A DNA stretch of 64,000 nt from an uncultured virus (IMG/VR IMGVR_UViG_3300048587_001148). Taxonomy: Duplodnaviria; Heunggongvirae; Uroviricota; Caudoviricetes. Shown in pieces: positions 16,705 through 24,152 of the stretch. Made by a program: the position numbers and the translations under genes. The notes under the pieces are model-generated. The model searched no databases, was not told where the DNA came from, and worked only from the letters and a program-made list of their open reading frames with translations. The first letter of the stretch is position 1. Every line of letters starts with the position of its first letter. The DNA is taken from the IMG/VR virus record IMGVR_UViG_3300048587_001148. The stretch is one strand, 5' to 3'.

Positions 16705-19131
16705 TCACCACTGCACCCCCAGGCCAACGATCGGCGTGGTGGTGGGGAGAATGGCGCCCCCGCTGAGGGTCACCCGTCCCAACTGGAGGCTGACGAGTCC
16801 CATGCCGTGCGGGGTCCAGGTGGTCGCATCAGCGACGATGTACTGGCCGGCGGGGGCGAAGGTGCGGGTGGGATCGGTGTACTGGATCCGGGTGGCGGTG
16901 TGGAGGAGGCCGCCCTGGGCGCTGAGGTGCACGCGGCCGCCCGCAGTGCGCAGGGTGAGGCCGGCCAGCGGTCCTGTGCGCAGCGTCGACGTCGCACCCG
17001 GGGTGTGCGTCGGATAGACGCGGGCAATGTCGGCCGTGGCCACGCGGCGGACGTCGGTGCGCGCCGCGGTCCCCCAGCGTCCGCCGACCGCGGTGAGGCT
17101 GAGGCCGAGGGACGGGGTGACCCAGCGGGTGAGCATGATACCACCTGTGAGGTCACCGGTGCTGCTGCGCCCACCGAGGGCATGGATCCCCCAGGACATC
17201 GGCAGGGCAGGGGTGTAGGAGGCCGGGTCGAGCGCGCGATCCCGAAGGACCGGACCGGTGCCCAGCCGGTCATCTCCCAGCCGGCCATCTCCCGGCCGGC
17301 CGTCTCCCATGCGCTCGTCTCCCGGGGCGCCCCGGACGCTTGTCGGGGTCACGGTCGGAGTCGCAGCGGGGGGCACAGCGGGAGGCACAGCGGGAGAAGC
17401 CGCCGGGGCCTGGGTCGGCGCAGTGGCCACATCCCGCTCCCGCAGCTGGGCACGTTGCTCGGCTGTCAGATTACCAGTCAGATCACCAGCGAGGGCACCA
17501 GGGAGATCTCCAGCCAGCTCACCGGTCACACCGGTCTGTCCACCGCGGAGTCCACTGGCCAGTCCACCAGCCTGAGCACCCGTGAGCCCACCCGCCGGCC
17601 CGGGGCGCCCCGGGAGGTTGGGAAGGGTCCAGGCTGTGGTCGGGATCACCGGGGGAAGGACCACCGGCAGACCGCCAGCCGAGGTGCCAGCCTGGGCCCC
17701 CGTCCCATCACCCACCTGTCCACCCACCTGCCCAGCCGGCTGACCAGACACCTGGCCACCCAATAGGTCGCGTGGCGCCGGCGCCGCTGCGGTCACCGGG
17801 CTGTCACCCCAGAGCGCTCGGCTCGAGGCGGCCGCCGCGGCCGGGGACAGGAGGACCCAGCTCCCGGGGACAGGAACCAGCGCCACCCGTCCCTCGATCG
17901 CCAGCCAGGGGGCCTGCACCACACCGCCACCCACCAACTGCGGCTGAGGCACCAGGACCAGGGGGCCAATCTCCCCAAGCATCTGCGCCAGCCGCGGGTC
18001 AACGGCCTGGGAAGGGAGCGCCTGCCACCCACGCCCCTCACCCTCGAGGAGGAAGCCAAGGCGGTTCTCCCGGGCCATCTGGAGGGCCTCTCCGGGAGAC
18101 ACCAGGTCCCACTGCCCAGCAAGGGTCGGCACCAGCACCAGCTCCGGGCTCCCGACGATCCACTCCGCCTCCCGGGGCGCCCCGGAGGAGGGGACCGGGT
18201 CCTGCTCACCCCTGGCCTGGGCATCCAAGATCCGGCTGTCCGGCGCTTCCACGCCACGCAGGGGCAGGGCACCAGTAGAGGGGGTTCCAGTAGACGGGGT
18301 TCCAGTAGACGGGGTTCCAGCACTACGGCCCGGGGCGCCCCGGACGGTCGCGGTCACTGTGGGAACCGCCGCGGCCAGAGCATCGGCGGCACGAGTCTCA
18401 GCGGCACGAATCTCAGCTGCACGGGGGGTCGCAGTATCCGGACGGGTCACGCTCGAGTCCAGGCTGGCCAGGACACGCTCACCGGCCCCCGCCTCCCCAC
18501 CCACCACCGCGCTCGTGTCTCGGGCACTCGTATCCTGGGCAGCCGGCTCGGCAGCCCGGCTGATCAACGGCGCCTGTGTCCGACGGGTCTGCGACAGCTG
18601 CGCCTGGGCTTCCTGGTCCAACCGGTCCAGCCGTACCGTCTCCCGGGCCAGATGACGCGACAAGCACCACGCCTGCTCCTGAGAGCTCGTCCCAAACTGG
18701 CTCACCGGTCGCAGCGCACCGCCCCCCTCCGCCGCAGCGAACGCCTGCCAGCGCACCGTGGTCCGGGGCGCCCCGGTGGGGAAGTGGGTCAGGGTCGCCT
18801 GGAGGACGAAGGGCTTCGAGGTCCCGCCTTGCACCCATGCGACCGCATTGCTGTCTTCGCGGATGATTGGTGGTAACGCTTGGTTGCTGAAGGCCAGCTG
18901 GGTCAGGAGGAGTGCCCGGCCGCGCTCCCCTTGGACGACGATGTCGAACCCGAGGATAGAGTCGCTCTTGGTGGGGATGGAGCAGGCCACCTTGGGCAGT
19001 GGGTCTCCGGCTGTTTGCGGTCCACGCGGGAGCAGTTTGGGGGCCGCATCTTGCGCAGAGAGAGTGCTGCCACCCCCAGTGAGGAGCAGGACTACTGTGG
19101 CGAGGACGGACCGGCAAGACAGATGCGACAT
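16705..19131 (-). CDS. Exported protein, 808 aa, low-complexity linkers and possible C-terminal outer-membrane beta-barrel
   Basis: Signal-peptide-like N-terminus (..VVLLLTGGGSTLSA-QD); 5-aa repeats (GTPST, GDGRP); amphipathic strands ending IVGLGVQW. Confidence 0.7.
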   Translation of the reverse strand: MSHLSCRSVLATVVLLLTGGGSTLSAQDAAPKLLPRGPQTAGDPLPKVACSIPTKSDSILGFDIVVQGERGRALLLTQLAFSNQALPPIIREDSNAVAWVQGGTSKPFVLQATLTHFPTGAPRTTVRWQAFAAAEGGGALRPVSQFGTSSQEQAWCLSRHLARETVRLDRLDQEAQAQLSQTRRTQAPLISRAAEPAAQDTSARDTSAVVGGEAGAGERVLASLDSSVTRPDTATPRAAEIRAAETRAADALAAAVPTVTATVRGAPGRSAGTPSTGTPSTGTPSTGALPLRGVEAPDSRILDAQARGEQDPVPSSGAPREAEWIVGSPELVLVPTLAGQWDLVSPGEALQMARENRLGFLLEGEGRGWQALPSQAVDPRLAQMLGEIGPLVLVPQPQLVGGGVVQAPWLAIEGRVALVPVPGSWVLLSPAAAAASSRALWGDSPVTAAAPAPRDLLGGQVSGQPAGQVGGQVGDGTGAQAGTSAGGLPVVLPPVIPTTAWTLPNLPGRPGPAGGLTGAQAGGLASGLRGGQTGVTGELAGDLPGALAGDLTGNLTAEQRAQLRERDVATAPTQAPAASPAVPPAVPPAATPTVTPTSVRGAPGDERMGDGRPGDGRLGDDRLGTGPVLRDRALDPASYTPALPMSWGIHALGGRSSTGDLTGGIMLTRWVTPSLGLSLTAVGGRWGTAARTDVRRVATADIARVYPTHTPGATSTLRTGPLAGLTLRTAGGRVHLSAQGGLLHTATRIQYTDPTRTFAPAGQYIVADATTWTPHGMGLVSLQLGRVTLSGGAILPTTTPIVGLGVQW

Positions 19132-19431
19132 AAGTCATCTCGACGAGAGAGAATTACATGTGGCCACGGGGGCCAGGATCACTCTTTCCACCTAGGGGTG
19201 GAGGCTTGATGCGATGATGGGCGAGTGTGCGGGAGGCCGTCCACTTGGAGGCGGGCATAGGCGGCGGAGGAGGGGGCCACGGAAGGCCAACAGCAATCAG
19301 TTAAAGGGCCCCCCAGGAATTGAGGGGGGTAGGGGGGTCTCCGGCGGTTTTTCGGACAGATCGGCTCCTGGGGCAAAGCCGCAGTAAATCAATGGTTTGC
19401 GGTCTGGCGATCGTGATCGGAAAGCCCCGTA

Positions 19432-19523
19432 GCCGGGCATAGGCCGCTGGGCCTGCATATGCCCGGCAAGGTGAGCGTGTCTGGTGGGGGATGGCGCCTT
19501 GTGGTGTGGTGCGTATGCCCGGC
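19432..19523. promoter_or_regulatory. Inverted repeat GCCGGGCATA-N16-TATGCCCGGC plus a third half-site; candidate oriT or protein-binding site
   Basis: Arms at 19432-19441 and 19458-19467, extra TATGCCCGGC at 19514-19523; inside a 400-bp gene-free gap beside relaxase-like genes. Confidence 0.4.
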
Positions 19524-19531
19524 AGGGGTGG

Positions 19532-20416
19532 CTAGATCAACTGGTCCGGGTTCGGGAGGCCTGCGGCGGCATAGCGGTCAGCCCGCTCTCCGTCTGCGCG
19601 CATCGGATGGGGTCGTGCGGTGAACAGTTCCGTCTGGTGCGTCACGGTGTCGACGCGGTGCTCTCGTCCCCAGCGTTCCAGGCGGCCTTTGACGGTTTCG
19701 AGCTTGTCCTGGTCGGCGCCGATGAGCTCAAAGTGCACCGGCATCATGAGTCCGGAGAGGTTGGTCGGCAGGGCCACGATCGCACGCTGCACCGCGGCGA
19801 TGTCGCGCACTGGCACGATCAATCGCACCTCTGATGTCTGCCGGTGACGGAGCGCGTGCAGCCGGAGCCCGCGCAGGTCGAGTCGGTCCAGTTGCTCGCG
19901 TGCGGCCGCCTGCACGGCATCAAGTGCTCGCCCCCGGAGGAGCGCCTTCGCGCCCTCCCTGAGGCTGGCGGCCGCCACGCTATTGGTGACCCAGGTGAAC
20001 CCCTCAAGCTCTCGCAAGAGGAGCGCTTCTGTGAACTGCAGGCGGTAATGGAGGGTGCGGGGGTCGATGGCGACATCGACGTCGTCCGGCGGAGTGACGC
20101 CGATGTGCAGGAAGCCTTTCCGGGTCAATCGCAGGACGTCACGTGACGCCCGTCCCCGGTGTGGCTCGAGGGGGAACCGCTCGAGCATCCCGCCTTGTTC
20201 CAGTCGACGGATGGCGTGAAATCCCCTGCGCCAGTTCAGTCCACGAAAGACCCAAAACCGATAGACAGCTTGGTGGCTCGTGACCAGGCGGTAGTACCCA
20301 CAGTACCGCAAGACCGCGTTGTCGTAGGGGCCTTCGCGGCCACGTCCCCCTCCTCCGGCTTCGTGGGCCAAGAGGGGAATTTGTTCGAACACCCGACGCC
20401 ATTCGTGTCCCTTCAT
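19532..20416 (-). CDS. Replication-relaxation-like protein (wHTH part recognisable, nuclease motif apparently degenerate), 294 aa
   Basis: VTSHQ..RFW, AIRRLEQGGMLER, VLRLTRKG, LHYRL pattern resembles the Replic_Relax N-terminus; ATG 20416 in ATGA overlap with the upstream gene. Confidence 0.6.
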   Translation of the reverse strand: MKGHEWRRVFEQIPLLAHEAGGGGRGREGPYDNAVLRYCGYYRLVTSHQAVYRFWVFRGLNWRRGFHAIRRLEQGGMLERFPLEPHRGRASRDVLRLTRKGFLHIGVTPPDDVDVAIDPRTLHYRLQFTEALLLRELEGFTWVTNSVAAASLREGAKALLRGRALDAVQAAAREQLDRLDLRGLRLHALRHRQTSEVRLIVPVRDIAAVQRAIVALPTNLSGLMMPVHFELIGADQDKLETVKGRLERWGREHRVDTVTHQTELFTARPHPMRADGERADRYAAAGLPNPDQLI

Positions 20417-21375
20417 GCCACGATAGTGGGCCACGTCAGGAGGGCTGGAGCAGTCCCGGTGAGGTCCGCCGTCCTGGCCTGCGTCTTGATGCTGTCGGTC
20501 ACGAAATGCGTCGTCGGGGCGAGGTCGCGTACCTTGCCCACGATCTCTCGGCTGCGGTAGCCACTGACGAGCGTCTCAAAGTCCTGTCGGATCGTCTCGC
20601 CGGCGGGGCTCCGGTACCAGGCGCGTCCATCTGGGATGCCACCTGCTTGGCGCACCTGGCCGCGTCGGCTTGCTCGTCGAATGTCCTCGTCCCCCCAGAA
20701 GCGTACCAGTCGATGGCCCTGATCGACGCCCAGGGTGAGGGCGGCCTGGAGGGTCATCAGGTGGTGGGGGCCATGGTCCTCTCGCGGGCATTGGGTTGCC
20801 CCGCTGCCTTCGCGTGCTTTCGCGGCGGAGCCAAGCGCCCATGCCTCCACGACCCCAGGGTGCCATCGGCGACCGCGGCGCAGATGCCCATGGGACGCCA
20901 GCCATCGAAAGGGTCGCGCTCTGTCACTCGGGCTGACCCAGTCTGGAAATGTGAGTATGGCGATGTGGTCTTCCGGGACAAGTATCGGAAGCTCCCGGTC
21001 GTCTCGTGGGGTCGCCGGGTGGCTCGCGGACCAGTCCCGCAGGGCTTGCCATGCGCGCCGAGCCTCTGCCGGTGCCCCCTTGGGAAGCTCGCGGCGGAGA
21101 TCGCTCGGCAAGACGCCGAGGATCCGCGGGTTACTCGAGTGGAGCGCCTTGCTGGATGCGGCCAGGTGGAGGCAGCGGATCGTCCCCGTCCTGGCCAGGC
21201 GGCGCAGGCGTGTCTCCGTCTGGAGCACCGATGTCAGTGGAAGGGTCCAGCTCCCACGCCTCAGCATCAGCAGCTGGGTGCTCATGGCCAGACCAACCTG
21301 CGGGAGGGAGGTCAGGATCTCCTGTGTCCGCAGGGGACGGAGGATCGGCGGTAGGGGCGTCTGGGGGGAGGTCAT
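20413..21375 (-). CDS. Replication-relaxation family protein (PD-(D/E)XK-type putative relaxase), about 320 aa
   Basis: RLRRLARTG; HHL; IPDG..DFE..GY..EIVGK resembles the Replic_Relax catalytic core; start ATG 21375 with AGGA upstream. Confidence 0.65.
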   Translation of the reverse strand: MTSPQTPLPPILRPLRTQEILTSLPQVGLAMSTQLLMLRRGSWTLPLTSVLQTETRLRRLARTGTIRCLHLAASSKALHSSNPRILGVLPSDLRRELPKGAPAEARRAWQALRDWSASHPATPRDDRELPILVPEDHIAILTFPDWVSPSDRARPFRWLASHGHLRRGRRWHPGVVEAWALGSAAKAREGSGATQCPREDHGPHHLMTLQAALTLGVDQGHRLVRFWGDEDIRRASRRGQVRQAGGIPDGRAWYRSPAGETIRQDFETLVSGYRSREIVGKVRDLAPTTHFVTDSIKTQARTADLTGTAPALLTWPTIVA

Positions 21376-24031
21376 CCGGTGTGTCCTGCCACGAAGGGTC
21401 CTCTGCCCCCAGGTCGTCAATCTCAGCCAGGCTCGGATCCGGTGTCGGTGTATGCCGGAGACTTGCCCCCATCCAGTCGCCCAAGGCATTCCCTGGCTGG
21501 TCATCGAGCCAGCGCCCCACGACCTCGTAGGCGCGGACCATGGCACGACCGTTCCGTTCGAGGGTCCGTAGCGCCGCGTTGCCTGGGGTGTTCGCTTCTT
21601 CCCAGCTCCCTCGCCGCCGGGCCTCTTTTCCGCTTTCGAGGAGGTAGCGCAGGGCGTCGCGGACGGGTTGGGGGGCATCCTCAGGGAGCTCGAGGGCGTC
21701 CGGGGTGATGGGCCGGATCCCGTCCAGGCCCAGGACACCCTCAAAGTAGGCATGGACCGGCCCGCTCCACGGTGAAATGACTACCTGCTGCCCGGCTGTG
21801 AAGAACTCGGTGATCGATTCAAGCAGTCGTTCGATCGTGTCGAGGGCCGTGATGAATGTGCCTGCCGGGGTGATCCATTGCCACCCGCGCAGGTCGCCTG
21901 ATGCGTCGGCCAACGGCAGGAGAATCGCGTAGCCGCTCTGTGCGAGCCCCGAGCTGAGGTAGGTCTCGTCGTGGCCGTCGACCGCTGTCCGCACCACGGG
22001 GTGTGGCGGCATGGGCGGGGCAGGGGCATCGCCCTGGCGTGCCATCTCGAAGGCTCGGGTCAGGTACCATGGCTGCCCGAAGACCCTCCGTGGGGAGATG
22101 TTCCCATTGCCGTCGAATTCTCGCACGACGAATTCGCCTTGTTGGAGTGACAGGAAGTCGTTCGAGTCAAACCACGGGCGCTCCATCTCTGTGACACGCA
22201 GGTTGGCCCCGGACAGTGAGGGCCCCTTGCCGGTCTTGGGCGAGGCATTGCGGAAGTCCTGGTTCTCACTCCATTGCTGCACGAACACCCGTCGCTTGCC
22301 CATGAGTCGTGCCAGCTGCTCGGCGGACTCTCCTGTGGTCGTCGAGTAGGCGATCTTCGTCCGCAGGTTGTCATTGAAGCTCTGTTGCCCCCCGCGCCCA
22401 CCGGCTTGTTCGAGCTGGCCCTGGGTCTGGTGAGAGCCCGCAAAGACCACGCGGGCTTGGCGGTTGACGCTCACGAACTTCGTCGTGGCCTTGTTGAAAT
22501 ACTGCTGGATCTCGTCCACGACAAAGGCCGCAACGCGGTCCTGATTCCAGTCCGGTCGCATCATCCGCTCTCGTGCCGCGTCCTGCGCATCCATGAGCGC
22601 CAGGATGCCCATGGTTTCGCCGACCGGTCCAAAGATGGCGGGCGGCATCTTCAAGACCACGATGCGCCCTTCGTTGAAGATGCTGGGGTACCCCTCGAAC
22701 GTGGGGGGTTGTTCGGGACAGAGGAAGTCGATGAGCTCGGCGTCCACGAAATACTTCGACATGGCCTTGATGCCGATGAGCACGCCCTGCGTCAGTTGCT
22801 GGTTTGCTTCGTCGCTGTCGAAGTCCTTGAAGAACTCCAGCGCCTCGGGCTTGAGTGTGGGCCCCACGTACGCCTTGCCGACCTGGCGCAGCCGTGCCTC
22901 CTCCTCGCGAATTTCCTCCAGCCGGCGCTGGGCTTCACTCACGATCCGGAGCCGATACGCCTGGGAGCGTGCCATCTGGAGGATGTAGCGGAAGTTGGCT
23001 CGCTTGGGGTCAACGACCCGCAGGATGGAAAGTGCATTCGTGAGCCATTCAACCTGCGTCGAGCGCCAGAAGGCTTGCACGACCTGGCCGCTGGTCGCCT
23101 CAACCCCCTCGAGGACCCGCTCTGCCTGCACCAGCGCGTTCGGGTTGGTCGCAAGTGGATTGATGGTCCAGCGTCCCCCCGGCTCGAGGACACGTACGTC
23201 GTCCTCGCGCTTGTACAGTCGCGCCAGTCGGAGGATGTCATCGGTCATGTCCCCCTTGGGGTCGATAATGAACATCCCCCACCGTTTGTCCTGGTGCGCG
23301 CGCATGAGGCGCTGGTAACGGGCCCGGGCTTGTGCTGCCGTCAGTCCGCCATACAGCTCTGCGTGTGTTGGGGGCATCGGGAGTGAGTCGTGCGGCGCCG
23401 GTCCCATGGTGCCGGTGTACTTGCCGGTTCGTGGGTTGAGCTGGCTCTCGTCCGGCGGCATCGGCTTCGGGAATTTCGCCAACCCTTGGGCCAGGAAGGG
23501 CATGATGAAGCTGGTCGTCTTGCCGCCCCCGATACCGCCGGTGACGTGAATATTGCCGAACAGTCCGCGCTCCGGGACTACCACGTGGGGCCGGGTAAAC
23601 AGGGGCTCGTCGTAGGACTCGGCAAGCGCACCGGGTTGCTTGCCCTCCCTGGTCCACCCAGAGCCGACATAGATGTCGTTGGAGTGCACGAGCTGCGGCA
23701 GGGGCGGGTAGGGGAGGTAGGTCGGACGCTTCGGGGCTGGGTGTCGCCACAGCGTGACGGCCCAGTACAGCGCGGCCAGCGAGCCCAGGATGACGCTGAG
23801 GCCGATTCCGGTCGCGACGGGGTGCTCCGGGATGCCTTGCAGTAGCCTGCCAACCGATCGGAAGTATCCGGCCCCTCCTTCGGGGTGCAGGGCAATCACG
23901 AGTGTCGCGTGGAGCACGATCACTGCGAGGAGCGCTGCGCCGAACGCGAGCCGCGTTTTCAGGCGTTCGCGAGTGTCGTTGGCTGCTTCGCTGGCAGCCT
24001 GGCTGGAGAGGAGGGGGGCTTGTTCTGGCAT
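21131..24031 (-). CDS. Type IV coupling protein (VirD4/TraD-like ATPase) 1, 966 aa
   Basis: Two N-terminal TM segments; Walker A GGIGGGKT; IIDPKGD; Walker B FVVDEIQ; RQARV..HQ..QL. Confidence 0.85.
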   Translation of the reverse strand: MPEQAPLLSSQAASEAANDTRERLKTRLAFGAALLAVIVLHATLVIALHPEGGAGYFRSVGRLLQGIPEHPVATGIGLSVILGSLAALYWAVTLWRHPAPKRPTYLPYPPLPQLVHSNDIYVGSGWTREGKQPGALAESYDEPLFTRPHVVVPERGLFGNIHVTGGIGGGKTTSFIMPFLAQGLAKFPKPMPPDESQLNPRTGKYTGTMGPAPHDSLPMPPTHAELYGGLTAAQARARYQRLMRAHQDKRWGMFIIDPKGDMTDDILRLARLYKREDDVRVLEPGGRWTINPLATNPNALVQAERVLEGVEATSGQVVQAFWRSTQVEWLTNALSILRVVDPKRANFRYILQMARSQAYRLRIVSEAQRRLEEIREEEARLRQVGKAYVGPTLKPEALEFFKDFDSDEANQQLTQGVLIGIKAMSKYFVDAELIDFLCPEQPPTFEGYPSIFNEGRIVVLKMPPAIFGPVGETMGILALMDAQDAARERMMRPDWNQDRVAAFVVDEIQQYFNKATTKFVSVNRQARVVFAGSHQTQGQLEQAGGRGGQQSFNDNLRTKIAYSTTTGESAEQLARLMGKRRVFVQQWSENQDFRNASPKTGKGPSLSGANLRVTEMERPWFDSNDFLSLQQGEFVVREFDGNGNISPRRVFGQPWYLTRAFEMARQGDAPAPPMPPHPVVRTAVDGHDETYLSSGLAQSGYAILLPLADASGDLRGWQWITPAGTFITALDTIERLLESITEFFTAGQQVVISPWSGPVHAYFEGVLGLDGIRPITPDALELPEDAPQPVRDALRYLLESGKEARRRGSWEEANTPGNAALRTLERNGRAMVRAYEVVGRWLDDQPGNALGDWMGASLRHTPTPDPSLAEIDDLGAEDPSWQDTPDDLPPDAPTADPPSPADTGDPDLPPAGWSGHEHPAADAEAWELDPSTDIGAPDGDTPAPPGQDGDDPLPPPGRIQQGAPLE

Positions 24032-24152
24032 GGTCGGTGGGTGCCTTCCGGCGAGTGTCCTATGATGGGACAGTAGAAGCCCTCAGGGCCAGAGAGCCTT
24101 CCGGGGCGTCCATGTTGAATCGGGCGGCGCTGGTCACCCATCATCCGGCTCT

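Noticed and set aside
1749..16727. Long N-terminal extensions given by the ORF track (e.g. starts at 2597, 6240, 8921, 12699, 13700, 16727)
   Set aside because: They overlap the upstream gene or tandem repeats in another frame. Starts a few codons before the LVxDP motif give consistent 4- or 8-nt coupling.
16627..17766. 379-aa plus-strand ORF, and other long antisense ORFs such as 9982-11052, 51387-52793 and 55100-56863
   Set aside because: These are shadows of well-supported minus-strand genes in GC-rich DNA, with no motifs of their own.
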